A DNA stretch of 64,000 bases from Mizuhopecten yessoensis (taxonomy: Eukaryota). This document shows positions 27,201-40,402 of this stretch, one piece after another (position 1 is the stretch's first letter; each line of letters opens with the position of its first letter). Both the position numbers and the translations under genes were made by a program. The notes under the pieces are model-generated. The model did no database searches, was not told the DNA's origin, and saw nothing but the letters and a program-made list of their open reading frames with translations. The stretch lies in the NCBI RefSeq assembly GCF_002113885.1, contig NW_018408322.1, forward strand, positions 910,570 to 974,569. Direction: 5' to 3'.

Positions 27201-30200
27201 TAATAACAGGAAAATCCTTCTTGTGAAGAAGAGCAAATTGGGAGGGAAGAAAAGAAATGTACAGCCTTAGTCAAGACAATAACAAATAGGATACGAATAA
27301 TGAAGGAGTAGAAGAATGCTGGCTGTAATTCTAAAATTATCTTCCTCACTCACTAAACTCAAATATACCAACTCAAACTACAAAATCCAATGGTTCAACA
27401 AAAGGATAAGGAAAATGCTGCAGGAAAAACAAAACCTCTACAATCAAGCTAAAACGACTGACCAAATATCATCGCCATAGGCCTCTTGGTTATTGAGAAG
27501 AGGCCGTATAAAGAGTTTTAGACATTCAACCCCTATGACCTTGAAACTAGGTCAAGGTCAACCATTTTCACAAACTTGATAGCCAATACCTGAGCACTTT
27601 ATCTGTTAAATATCAAGACCCAAGACCTTGTAGAACTTAAGAAGATTTTTTGAATGTGTTACCCAAAATAGCAATTTTGAAATTTGACCCCTGCCGAAAA
27701 CTGGCAGTTGACATTTTACACAAAAATGTTTCCCGAGAAAAAGTTTTCTATTGTTAGGGTTAAAAATATATCCAAAGATGAATTTAATATGTTCAGCCAA
27801 TAAAGAGTTATGGTCATTAAGGTAAAAACGGATATGACGTCATGGCGGCCATTTTGTTTTTTCAAAGAAGTCAATAACCTAACCAAATTCGAAACACTAT
27901 CTGAGAAATTTTGTATTCGATAAATAATTGGAAAAATATCTCACAGATATTGGAGAAAATTGATTTTAACATATTGTCGGCATTTCAAAAAGATCGCAGG
28001 AAATTTTCAAAACGGCGAACAGTGCAACCGGAAAACGTTTTAGAAAAACTGAAGACACCAAATACATCGGAATGACATACTGCATTTCAAAAAGAATTTT
28101 TCAAAAGTATTGAAAATTGAAAAAGTGTTGACCTTTGAACCAACAGCGAGGATTTTTATTTGACTTTTTTTGTAANAGACTGACCCAAATGAAGCACTAT
28201 CACTCCTATATAACATAATATTGAAAATCCTAGATAAACATGCCATGATGAAAACTAAAAGGGTCAAACGAAACAAACAGCCGGAATGGTTTAACGAGGA
28301 CATAGCCAATGCAAGGCGCTTACGAATTTCATTCGGCAAAGGATTGGGATAACTATAGGTTATGGAGAAACAAAACTAATTTGCTAATACTAAATTCAAA
28401 GAAAGTTAGTTAAAAATGCTGTTACTGATCACAAACCTAGCGCCTTACTTTGGAAACACGTAAAATANTTAAGGTAAAAACGGATATGACGTCATGGCGG
28501 CCATTTTGTTTTTTCAAAGAAGTCAATAACCTAACCAAATTCGAAACACTATCTGAGAAATTTTGTATTCGATAAATAATTGGAAAAATATCTCACAGAT
28601 ATTGGAGAAAATTGATTTTAACATATTGTCGGCATTTCAAAAAGATCGCAGGAAATTTTCAAAACGGCGAACAGTGCAACCGGAAAACGTTTTAGAAAAA
28701 CTGAAGACACCAAATACATCGGAATGACATACTGCATTTCAAAAAGAATTTTTCAAAAGTATTGAAAATTGAAAAAGTGTTGACCTTTGAACCAACAGCG
28801 AGGATTTTTATTTGACTTTTTTTGTAATAACATGTATGAAGAAAAGGCTAGCCATGTAGAATATCTACAAATAATATAATTGCATGACTGCTGTACAATA
28901 AACAGTTTTTGAGTTATGGCCATTTTAAGATTTGACCTATGACGTCATGGCGGCCATATTGGATTTTTGATCTCCTTGAAAATGTTGCAATGACACCTTT
29001 TGACCTTTGCCTACAATATACTTATAAGATTGTTCACAAATCTGCTACTAATCAAAAGATTAGGCGGCAACAAATTCAGGAAAGAAGAATAATAATAAGA
29101 AGAATAAGAAACATAACAATTCTAATATAGGTTATGGAGAAACAAAACTAATTTGCTAATACTAAATTCAAAGAAAGATATGTTAAATAATACTGTTACT
29201 GATCACAAACCTAGTGCCTTACTTTGGAAACACGTAAAATGCATGTCATCCAGTGAATCTCGAAGTACTATTCCTACTCATCTTAAAAAAAAAATAACGA
29301 CATGACCATTACTGATAAACAAGTAATCATAGGCAGAATAAATATGCATTTTGTTGATGTCTCCAATATGGTCGATAAAAAAACACTGGATTATAATGAT
29401 CATTTTGTGACGNTGGACTTGGTCCAAAAATACTTAAAATTTGCAACCATATTATATCTCCATATTTAAATTATATCATTGATTTGAGTATATCAACGTC
29501 CATCTTTCCATCGCTCTAAAAATAGCAAGAGTGACACCACTACACAAGGGCGGAGATAAGGATATTCTAGATAGTTACAGACCAATATCTATTCTACCTA
29601 CTATATCCAAAATATTTGAGAGACATACTTCAAATCACTTATATAAATATTTATTGAAGTATGACCTTTTGCATAGCTCGCAATCAGGCTTTCGAGCGAA
29701 ACACTCATGTCAGACTGCCCTAGTTAACCTAATTGATAAATGGATTGAGGGTATTGACAATAATGAAGTAATTGTGCCTTTGACTTGGTGGATCATGACA
29801 TTCTTCTACATAAACTTAAGATACTAAATTCTCTAGCACCAGTGTAAACTGACTAACATCATACTTAGAAAATAGAGTGCAATCTGTCAAATCAAACAAT
29901 ATTTCATCTTCACCTAAAGTAATTAGGTCAGGTGTTCCTCAAGGCTCAAAACTTGGGCCGTTACTATTCATTATATATATAAATGATATGCTATTATATG
30001 TACAAAATTGTTTGATTGACATGTATGCGGATGATAGTACAATGCATTTGAAGGGAGATAACTCCTCTGCCATTGCAGATAATCTCCAAGATAATCTAAA
30101 TCATATAGTGAGATGGTGTGTGAATAATAACATGAAATTGAATACAAATAAGACCACAAGTATGGTAATAGCCAGCAAACATAAACTTGCAAATCTAAAT

Positions 30201-33200
30201 CCATTACGTTTGGTAGTAGACAATGACGAAATTGCGTCTTCCTCCTGTCAAAAGGTTCTGGGTATGTATATTGATAACCATCTAAGTTGGGTAACCCAAG
30301 TGAAAAAAGTATCTTCCAAATTAGCAACTTCTGTTGCACTTTTGCGTAGAATGGCAGGCTATTTGAATCAAGAAGCCCGAAAATTTTACTATAACGCCTA
30401 TATATTGCCAATACTGGACTTTGCTGCTATTGTGTGGGGAAATGGTTTAACAATTGAACAAGGAAATTATATCACTAAAATCCAGAAAAAGGCTATACGT
30501 ATTGTATTAAATAAGCCCATCTTAACTCCAAGCATTGAACACTTTAAATAATGTGATACTCTCTCTTTTAATTACAGAGTTAAATATCATACTTGTATAT
30601 TAGTATACAAAGCACTAAATGATTTAGCACCAGGCTACATTAAATCTAACCTAAGTCTATGCCATGATACATATAACTATGGGTTAAGATCAACTTCTCA
30701 TAATAATCTAGTTATACCAAGACACAACACTGAATTATTCAAAAAATCTTTCAACTATACCGGTGTTGTGTCATGGAATAATCTTCCAAACCAAATTAAG
30801 AATGATATAACAGTCTTCACGTTTAAAAAAAATCTCAAGAGTCACCTATTGTCTCTTTACTTAAATGGATAAATGAACATTATCAATTTCATGTTAATAA
30901 AAAGTTTGGTATTGAAATTCCACAGGACACTGTCAAAACCTATAATGTAAGGTTCCACATATGCTGTTAGTATATGCAAGATATTGTTGGACATACGTTA
31001 CCATAGACATTACAACACATGTAATTCTAGTCAGTTTACAGTAATCTCATTAATGGATTGTGTTTGTAGATTGTAGTTATATCATATCATTGTGTTATGT
31101 AATATCTTTATGCATTCATGTACTATATGTGTTTGAGGGCCGCATGGAAGATTAGTCTTGTACTAAATGTGTAACCCCCTTTAAATAAAGTTATTATTAT
31201 TATTATTATTATTATTAATAGGTCTTTTCACCTGTTGGCGAAAAGCCCTAATAACTTCTATCACTTCCAAAAAACAACAACTCAGAAATAAGAAAAGCTG
31301 AAAACGAATATGTAAACAAAGTTCAAGATAGACAAAATCATAACAAATGAAAACCATTCTGGAAATACATAAAATCAAGGAATCAGGATAACATAGGTGT
31401 GGCAGCACTAAAATCACGGGACACACTTGTCAGCGACAGGAACAGCACAAATCATACTTCACCAGTTCTCATACATCTCCACCCGTAGTAACAACAACAC
31501 GCCAAAACACGTATACACGTAGAACATTCGATTTCTATGGTATGGTGGCATATTTCTGCCATCGAGTTGCCGACTTGCGACTTAGTGATGTCGACATAAT
31601 TCCTGAATTATGTCGACATAATATGAGAAGATGTTAACATCACAGAAGACGATGTTGTCCTAAACTGAAGAATATGTCGACTTGCTAATTTACCGGCCAA
31701 GATAATAAATCCAAGATAATTGTCTAGCAAGTCGGAAAGTTGACTTTATATCGTGTTCGTGCTCGGATATGACACCAGTTTGTCAGTTGTTTATGTCGAC
31801 ATCTAACTAGAAGATGTCGAGATCTGGTCAGATCTTCTCTCTTGTAGGTTTCTCTTCGAAATAGACTGGATTGTCTACCGTAGTTTCAACTCTCCTCCAG
31901 GCTTCAATTAGCGTCTAAGTGCGCAGTTTAGTGGGAAAAATGGTACTTAGTCTGACAATCCAGTCTAGATTCGGAATTATCAAAGAGCGCAGCCTATCGG
32001 AGAGAAATGGTACTTAGGCAGAATATCGAGTTGAACTGTTCATTTCTTTCTTTTTTGATAAGAGAAAAACGATTCGTAGTTCCTAGTGAATTTACAATAC
32101 ATATTGTTTTCAATTTGCGCCAGTTTGGCTTAGATTAATACGGGATCGCGCTAGCATTAGTATCATTTCTGATAAAAATAATCTTTTAAATCAGCTAATG
32201 ATTACGATATTTTGGTAGAAGTCACATTTCTGATCTTTTCGTAAAAATCTTAAATCCGTCTTTCTATTATTGATTCAAAACAAGCTACGTCATTACCTCC
32301 ATTGGCTCTACCGGTGGGATGAAGACGTCTGACGTCACCATGGCAGGTGTATGATACTGAAACAGAAAGCAATTTACAACAAGAATGATGAATTTATATT
32401 CCGGATATAACGCCTGGAGAGGGATATCTAAATCTCGATATACCCGTTTTTTAATGCGACTAAGCCTTTCCGATTTGAAATGGCGTACCATTGGTTTTGT
32501 TGTTGATTTTGGTTGATAGAATTAATTCTTTTTCGTTTATATACACCTGAAAGTCATTTATCTCAAAATATATACTGGAGAAGGAATTTTTCAAAGTTGT
32601 TTCGGGATTTTTTTTTTATGAAATTTTTTGAAAGACATATTCATCAACATAAAATTTGAAAGACGTAAACATTTTGGGCTTTTCCTTTAATTTGTTACAA
32701 AGGCGTCAGTGCAGCAGGATAAATAAACATTATGCAAAGATATGAAAATTAATTTTACAATCATCTTTTCCTTACAGTATTCAACGGTTTTAATGGAATA
32801 TTTTTTCTTGCAACAAACAATCATGTAAATAATCCGACACAAACTGTTGAAAAACAGCAAAAAGATCCGTTGTACGTTCATATTATATTTTAGATTTGGG
32901 ACATTCTTTTTCATTTTTATATACGTATAGAAGCAACGGTTCAGGTTCAGGTTCCTTGGCAGATTCCCTCGTTGTCTTGTCGAGGCACCGCTACTTCCTA
33001 GTAGCGTAGAATATCGGCTCAGCAATAAAATCTGTACAGATATGTACACAGTCAGGGCGTATGTACACAGGGATCAAAAACTAAAGAGTTCTATTCTCTT
33101 CCATAAAACATAGTAAAGTTTATATGAAAAATATCATTAGTTGGTCTGCCATTCTCCTCTGTATCTAGTTCTGCAAGTAGCTTAACTCGTCGTAGATGGA

Positions 33201-36200
33201 TTTCTTGCAAGTATTCTCTACTGTGAAGTTCAATTTTGTTGATCTCATCATTGTTAAAGACATGGATATCGCTGATCTCTGGGTGTGTGCAATCTAGTAT
33301 CAGATGAGTGAATTTTGTAGGATTTGAAGTCAGTTCTGTATATTGCTGGAATACTTTGTAGTCGAAGATAGGCATGACCCCTTATTCTATCGTATGCTGT
33401 ACACACGGCAATGAAGTGTTGCCGGTCCTCTGGCCCTGTATGACATAGTCTGCATTCCGGGTTGACGTTGTATTGGTTGACGGCTGCTCTATTTGCCTGT
33501 ATGGTATATGTGCCCTTGAGGAGTCTTGTCTTGCATTCGGCTCGTTGGACATCGTGTTTGTTATTTCGCACTGTGGAGTAGACATGGTGAGGTTCTTTCA
33601 AGGTAACGGAATCAGGGTTAATGTATTTGAGTGACGATTTGGTGGCGAAATCATCTTTCCAGCTGTCTTGAATATGCGTAGATATCCCCCTGTCTAGCAT
33701 CTCTTTCCATTGACTTTTGAGTGGAAGATCTTCGAGGAGAGTAAATGCCGTTAGAAGATTGTACTGTCCCAGGAGGTTCCTCACATGAGAGAACTAGCTA
33801 TCCTCGTCTCTCGATCTCACTGCTAGTTGACGGTATGCTATAGAGTACTCTATGGAGTAGGGGTTGGTAATGATTCTGTAGAAAAGGTTCAGTGTGTTTC
33901 TGTCAATGATACAGCTCCAAGTAATGCCAGGGATATAGATGTTGCTGTCCTGTCCGGAAGATGTTGTACCTGTCTTAGTGATTTGGTCTGGAATCGTTCC
34001 AGGTCTTTCATCTGCGTTTTTGTGTAGTTGAGTATTTCCATTCCATATGTGAGCCTTGGGACGACATAGGTTTTCCAAAGATGAGCTTTAACAAGTTGAG
34101 ATGATCCATTCTTCCCATGAAATCCAGATCCCATGAGTGAGTAAGCTGTTTTCCTTCCTGTCTGGACAGTTTTCTTGCAGTCTATGGTGTTCTTGCCATT
34201 TCTAAGGACTCCAAGATGGGGTAACTGGTCTGTTATCTCTATTGGTTCATCATATATGGGGAATGTTTCTACATCTTTGGTGTTGTACAGTTTTATCTTA
34301 CTTTTTGAAGGGTTCCGTAGATATCTTTCTTGAGTTAAATGATTCTCTACCCTGGTCAGCATATGTTTCATGTCGAGAACCGTGTGAGCTAGAAGGGCAA
34401 TGTCATCCGCACATGTTGTGTGTGGGATTCTGATGTATCCTATATTGGCTCCCTCGCATTTTTCTTCCAGATCCTTCAGTAGGGGATTGTTAAAACGTTT
34501 GTAATGAGATGTGGAGAGTACTCCCCCTTGACGGACTCCTTGTCGAATAGTAAAGGGGTCTGAAGTCTGTCTCTCCCACTTGACGCCTGATGTGACATCT
34601 TTGTAGAGATCCTGAATCATCAGTCAGTCAGCGCCCGTGATTCCGTCGGCATAGAGCTTGTTTAAAAGAATATATTGATCCACGACATCGAATGCCTTCT
34701 GTGCATCGAGTGTTGTTAATAGAAGAGGCTTTCTTTGTAGACGGGCTTCCTTAAGGCATTCTGTTACGATGAGAGCTGAGTTGATAGATGATGAACCTTT
34801 GGTAAAACCGGTCTGTAGTTTGGATTGTGTTGGATTCAGGATAATGTTATGTCTGGCGTTGAGAATATGTTCCACGATTTTAAGTATGACTGTGGTAACG
34901 GTGATCCCACGGTAGTTGGAGGGGTTTTTCTGATCTCCCTTTTTGTAGATTGAAGTAAGTAGTCCAGATTTCAGCATTGCCGGTACTTTCTTTTTCTCTA
35001 GCATACTGTTGATAAGAGTTTTTAGGTAGGGAATTATGGTATCTCCAGACATTTTGAAGTATTCGCTAGTCATTGCCATGCTGTCAGCTGCTTTGTTGTT
35101 ATTTAGTTTTGAGATGGCTTTCTTGATTTCGGAATCTGAGGCCGGTGTTATTCCAGCTGGTTCCTGCTCACTGAGTATGTGTATAAGGTTTGTTGTTTTA
35201 TCAGCAATCTCTTTGTGGTCCTCCTTGAACAGTATGTTTTCCGAAGGGGTTGCCAGTCGTGAAAAGTGCTTGTTCCAGCAAAGAAGGCCCTCATCTGGTG
35301 TTGTATAGGTTACTCCGTCCAGCATAAGTGTTTTTGGTCCAGTAGCTGAAGTCTTCCTCTGTGATTTTACCAATTTATAAAATAGTTTCTGTTCCCCATA
35401 GGAGGTTATTATATGATTGGTCCATTCATCTCTCTTCTTGGCTGATTGTTGCCTCTGTAGTATCTGTAGGGTCTTTTTTCTGTTCTTCATATCCGGGTAC
35501 AGTAAGTTGGCTACATGACGAGGTTTTCCAGCTTCTTTCCATTTCCACATTGCTTGCTTACTGAGTTTTGCTGCATGCTGTATCTCATCACTCCATGGTG
35601 CTTTCTTTTTTCTCTTTAGTTGTATGATAGGTTTGTAGTTGGGTATACTTCTTGACGTTGCGTCTGATAATGTGCCTGTTAGATGCTGAATTGCCGATAT
35701 GGTTTCAAATTCATTAGCTGGTGTTTTTAGGTGATCCAGGTTATTTTCAATATATCTGTGGTAACTTTCGGGTCGCATTTGCTCCAGTTTGGTTTGTTGT
35801 TGATTGTTGTGGTTTTGTCTGTTTATCTTGTGTGTAGATCTAATTCTAGGATTACCGGGATATGGTCCGAGTGGTTGGTTGGGTTTTCCTCCAGGATTGT
35901 GCATTTTGACACCATACTCTCACCTTTCTTATTGAAGAGGACATAGTTAATTTCAGCAGTGTCCTTAGCATTTACATGGAAAAAGGTGTCAGTTCTGCAT
36001 TGTGCTGTTTGTAGATCCAGGTCCTTGCAGAATTTATACAATAATTTGTCTCTGTAGTTGTTGGGGCGTAGTCTGAGTGAGGCATTCATATCCCCGCAGA
36101 TGAAAATGGCATGAGTATCAAACTTTTGTATAATTTCCTCAATCTCATCTAATGTCTCTTGGTAGGCTGTCTCGGAGAGTCTCCCTCTACATGGCATGTA

Positions 36201-39200
36201 TACATTGATGATACAGACTGGGGGGTTTGTATCTAGTTCTAAAACGGTGATTCTTTCACTGCCGTCAGTGTGATGGGTGTAATTCACATCCATATCCTTT
36301 CTGTGCAGGGTTGAGACTCCACCATAGCTCCTCGGAACTTGGAGAGGGGATATAGGATCTTTGGAATCAGCAAACTTGGAGTGTGGATGGTGGGTGCCTG
36401 TGCTAAGGAGTTGATGTTGGAATTCAAAGAGCCAGTGTTCCTGTATACAAAGTACATCTGTGGTCTGTAGAAGTTGTTCTAGATACAAGCTGTTTGACTG
36501 GATATTTTTTATATTGAAGGTGCCTATATTGATTGATTTCCTTCCTTCCGCCAGTGTCTGTTTGCTGCACGGCCATGCCGTAAAAAAACCTGCCCTGTAG
36601 TATTGGAGTCATGGCTGTTTTTTGTTGACGACGGTTCATTCAGAGTGTCGTTGACAACCTTGGCTGTGATGCTGCTCGTATCAGGGTCCGGCATATGGAC
36701 AAGTTACGGTGGGGGCTCAGTCGTGGCAAGTTTTGCTGCGGAATTTTCATCTGCAAATATGACCTTTTTAGGAGTTGAGTGTGGCGTCAGGTGATGTAAT
36801 TATGACGATGTGGTATTCCTCCTTGTATCTACAGTACCAGATTCAGAGCGTCGTTTATGAGGAGGTAAGTATACCGGTTGACCTGTTGTCGGTTTTCCTG
36901 CTTGCCGTCTGGGGGGAATATTTCGTTGTGGATATATGCTTTCCTTAGGGGTCCCCGAGGGTTGGCTCCTTGGTCGTGAGGGTCGATTCTGGTCCCCCTG
37001 ATAACTTGTTCTTTGGGTTCCTCCCCACGTATTGGTGTGTGTTGTTGGCGTGCTCATATGATACGGTTGTGTTGATACTGCAAAGCCTTGACCGCTTGTA
37101 AGTACATGGGGGTGTACCGGAAGTTGGTGGAAATGAGGAGGTATCCCTAAGTACGGTGGTGGTGGGAGTGCCTCAACGGAAGTGTCCTGGGGTCAGGATA
37201 AAACTGTGGCTGTTGAACCATATAGGGTGTATAGTTGGTTGGTAGACGATGATAGTTGTCAAGTTTATTCTGAATTACCATCATATTCTCTATGCTGTTG
37301 ATTCTAGACCGCATTTGATCCATCTCCATTATCTGTAGTCGGTTTTGAAGCATATTGACTGTGTTGTGCATATCTAGTTCCATGGTACGTGTGCTTGTCC
37401 TGGTCCATGTCGATGGAGTTGCTGCCGGAGTGTGGTCTACCGTATGGTGTTTTGTTGTGGACTTCAACCTGTTTTTGCCTTTGTTTTGGTTTTCCCTTTG
37501 CAGTTTTCTGGGGCTGCTTTACTGGTATGTCTAGATTGTTAGAGTTTAGGACTGGCGACAGTTCCAATACCTTTGTTGTGACTGTTGAAGGGCCCATTTC
37601 TCCATCTGCTACAATAGCCTGACATGTATCGGAGTCATGTGTACCTCGGTGGTTGTTGTGGTCCATTGTGGTGGTCTTTATCTCTGTAGTACCTTCTGTT
37701 TCTTGATGTGCGATAGGCGGTCTAATTGAGATTTTAGTAGCGTCATCTTGGTATGTTTTGATGTGTACTTCATCATCTCGACCAATATCCATGGAGTCCG
37801 GTTCAAGTAGCGAGGTAATATGGATGTTCATATCGGAAATTTGAAGAGTTTCTGATCTTGCAGTTAGATGTCTGCATGATAGGCAACTGTAGACGGTATC
37901 TCCTTACTCATAAAAGTCTATGAAGTTCTGATCTAGGTGTTCACAATCATAATGGTACCATAGGGAGCAGACGTCGCATTCAAGGCCTACCTCTACATGA
38001 AGTTTACAATGTGGACATAGGCTTATGTCTTCATTGGTGCTGCATTCAATGTCTGGTATAGCAACTTCATTGCAGGTTTTGTGACCAGCTCCAGCCATAG
38101 TATGTTCAACTTCTGGGCATAGGGGGTCCCCATATATGCTAGTGTGTGCATCTGGTTTGTCAATACTCTGTGCTAGACATCTGTTTATGAGTGCTGCGAA
38201 GTGTCTGTCCAGTGTTGACATATTTGGATTCTGTTTTACAGCTTCTATGATGTCGGGTAGAATCTCATTTTGAAATTGTGGTGTTCCTTTTATCAACAGT
38301 GAGCATTGGGTATGGTACATGTTGATTGTGAATTTATGTCTTTTTCCCGGTTGTGAGTTTTTAAGTCTGTTGTTAGCCTTTATTATGGTTTCCGGGGAGT
38401 TTCCCTGTTGATCGTGGACCATTTCCAGTGCAAATGACATGTTGTACTTGTCCATAATTGTCTGGTCATTTGTGGCAGAGATGATTTCTGACTTGATCAA
38501 TTCCTAGCACCCGGTGCTGCATTCAACTTTGAGTTGATTGCCTCCATCTTTGGGGATGATGTTTATGAATGGAGTTTCACATTTGTCCTTTTCTTTTTTG
38601 AAGTGAGCGTTTTTGGTTCATGGTATATGATTTGGTTCTGGTATGAGGGTTGATCTGATAATTAATTAAAGGTGCAAGTTCATTATGTTGGTCAATGTTG
38701 ATTGTACATACATCAGTGGAAGCCATTATCATGCTGTCCGCCATCTTGGGTATACCCTGCTTGTACGTTGTAATGGTGATGGAAGTTTTTTGGCGATAGG
38801 TTGTAGTATGGCATACGGTCGGAGAGTTATGGTGATACAGATTGGTACAAGTCACTTTTCCAAATGGATTTTACATACTTCAGCTGTTAATGTAGATCGG
38901 CTTTCATGAATACAGGTTCATCGACGTGGGGCCGCCATCTTGGAAAATTAGACGACAGCTCAGTCTTCGTCGAGATACAGGGCAAAGGCAGACACTCCGT
39001 CACCAAGGGCCGGGGCGGTAGTAATTTTAAAAGTGAAATGGATATAAAAGAGTCAATGCGGCCTCTAAAACGCAGTAATTTAAAAGCAGTCTATTTTCTG
39101 CAACAGGGGAACGGTTTCCCGCCACTATAAAATGGGGTAGGACACATAAAAGTCAATAAAAACAGTTCTGTACACTTACTACACCCCTAAAAATATAGCT

Positions 39201-39500
39201 GTATGCTATATACCTAATCTAAAAACTTTATAAAGTCAACTGTAGGCAGGTGGAGCATTAAAACCAGTTAAAATCAAGCTAAAAACAGAGCAGATAAAAA
39301 AAACACGTCTTCACTCCACCGCCGTTAAAACCACCACGTCATATCTGAAACAACATACAATCTATTTTACTTGATTTTCTAGATTTGTTTTCCTTATTTC
39401 TATAACAATCCCCAAAAATAAAGAATAAAATATTTAAGAAAGTACCTGCCCAGGCACAAGTGCTGATAGCAAGAAGCGTGACTATCACAAGCAGGTTCAT
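21299..39500 (-). CDS. lyg: Goose-type (g-type) lysozyme, copy A, 6 coding exons, 201 aa, secreted
   Basis: Exons on the minus strand: 39446-39500, 32297-32356, 26505-26594, 23696-23808, 22838-22985, 21299-21438. All introns GT-AG with compatible phases; total 606 nt. Protein: [201 protein letters not shown]. It has a signal peptide, catalytic SRES Glu, and the GWGD, GILQCD, AYN and [10 protein letters not shown] motifs of g-type lysozymes. Confidence 0.96.
23200..23470 (+). mobile_element. Tc1/mariner transposase C-terminal fossil in lysozyme intron 4
   Basis: [18 protein letters not shown]...W..R motif, matching the mariner YSPDLAPxD box. A more degraded copy lies at ~54780-54900 in copy B. 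Confidence 0.7.
23970..25330. repeat. 26-bp minisatellite (aaggttcatacagatatattctattt)n in intron 3 of lysozyme A
   Basis: Roughly 50 tandem copies. Confidence 0.95.
25750..26500. repeat. 32-bp GC-rich minisatellite (acattacgccgtgcccgtctggtcgtgtactg)n next to the exon 3 donor, copy A
   Basis: Roughly 23 tandem units running up to the exon 3 donor at 26504. Confidence 0.93.
27470..31254 (-). mobile_element. Non-autonomous Helentron-like element split by the CR1/L2 LINE
   Basis: Terminal inverted repeat taggtcttttcacc..ggcgaaaagcccta at 31219-31250 continues into the (aag/aat) microsatellite at 29080-29128. Internal tgaccttga/aggtcaaggtca and tgacgtcatggcggccat motifs at 27470-29080. Confidence 0.6.
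29129..31216 (+). mobile_element. 5'-truncated CR1/L2-group LINE
   Basis: RT motifs [33 protein letters not shown] and MYADDS (ORFs 29531-29827, 29877-30551). 3' end is aataaag followed by a (tta)n tail ending ~31216. Confidence 0.9.
31862..31968. repeat. Short inverted-repeat element
   Basis: tagactggattgtc ... gacaatccagtcta, a perfect 14-bp inverted repeat. Confidence 0.55.
32939..39335 (-). mobile_element. Near full-length degenerate non-LTR retrotransposon (RTE-X-like) in intron 1 of lysozyme A
   Basis: ORF1 fragments 38855-36800 with a PHD finger ([16 protein letters not shown]). ORF2 fragments 36488-33091 with APE endonuclease (CIQEHW, GDMNA, SDHIPV), RT ([25 protein letters not shown]) and a C-terminal CxxC..H..C. 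Short (gaacct)n tail. Empty site in copy B at ~57940 (gaagcgacgtcatatctg); acg appears on both sides. Confidence 0.9.
33889..36488 (-). pseudogene. LINE ORF2 (endonuclease + reverse transcriptase), frameshifted
   Basis: ORFs 35823-36488 (APE), 34624-35904 and 33889-34620 (RT motifs). Confidence 0.9.
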
Positions 39501-39552
39501 CGTTGGTATCTAGCCGACGAGACGAATGTCCTGAAGTCTAATCAAGGCCATA

Positions 39553-40011
39553 AACCACAGACCACAATAACCCTTCCGGGTCATTGTAGTGAATGTAGTG
39601 CATAAGGACATTTCAGGTGGGTTACTAAATAATTTTTCCTGTCTGAATTATGACAGATATGTACAGATTTTTTACATGGAATTGTTCAACAATATCTATT
39701 CTAGTGATTAAATTTTATTTGACACTGTTTCCAAGTTTGTCTTGGCACCAGGACACAATGAGTGATGAGGCTTTCGCAGTGATATTTTGTGATTTTTAGT
39801 ATTTTCCCCTTTACATGCAGGGTAGTGACATTCAAATAAAATTATCTTTCTTAAATGCCGGTCATGAGGTACTTTCCAGCTCACCGTACGTTCAGTTTGA
39901 ATAGATCTACAATATGAAATAGGAACCAGGCCCTGCGAAAAGTTTTAAAATATTTTAATAATTTATTTCCTTTGGTATAACATATAGTAGAATTAATTGT
40001 GGTCTGAGGCC
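39553..40011 (+). repeat. Left long terminal direct repeat of the composite transposon
   Basis: Near-identical to 45047-45507; ends attgtggtctgaggcc; outer TIR is degraded (aaccacagaccacaat). Confidence 0.92.
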
Positions 40012-40037
40012 TGCATAGCAGAGAGTTATGCCTCAGG

Positions 40038-40129
40038 CAATCGCAACTTCTCGGCCAATTCCGGCTAGGCGCGGAAGGCGCGGCGCGGAATCATATGCCT
40101 AACCGGAATTGGCCGAGAAGTTGCGATTG
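40038..40129. repeat. 92-bp GC-rich hairpin with ~33-bp arms
   Basis: caatcgcaacttctcggccaattccggctaggc ... gcctaaccggaattggccgagaagttgcgattg (1 mismatch). Confidence 0.85.
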
Positions 40130-40402
40130 AGTCAGGCTCATCGGAAACTTCCGCTGTAGCCGGCACGTTTGAACATGACAGGCTGGAATATTGAAGTTAA
40201 AGGTTTGTACTAGCTGTCAGTGAATGTTTTGAATGAATTTGGATTTTATAGAACTTATTACAAAATAATTAATGTGATTTTAGGTAATTTTATGAGACAA
40301 ATTAGGAAGTTTAGATAGGAACTACAGCTATCCACGTGTTTATAAACCAGCAGTTACTTTCATTTTAACTAGCTTTTGACATTTGCGACAACTTTCTGAA
40401 AA

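Larger units (their letters stand above)
26650..31530 (+). mobile_element. Old LINE fragment (endonuclease-linker region) split into 26650-27465 and 31255-31530
   Basis: Degenerate coding remnants GGVFIL, FNYPG, SDHDII and PWFN in the left part, and [21 protein letters not shown] in the right part. Absent from copy B intron 2. Confidence 0.6.

Noticed and set aside
27817-28827. Exact 359-bp duplication (27817-28175 = 28469-28827) around a LINE scrap (28177-28467) that itself overlaps 29126-29240
   Set aside because: Bounded by single n characters at 28176 and 28468 and apparently 100% identical; most likely a contig-joining artefact, not biology.
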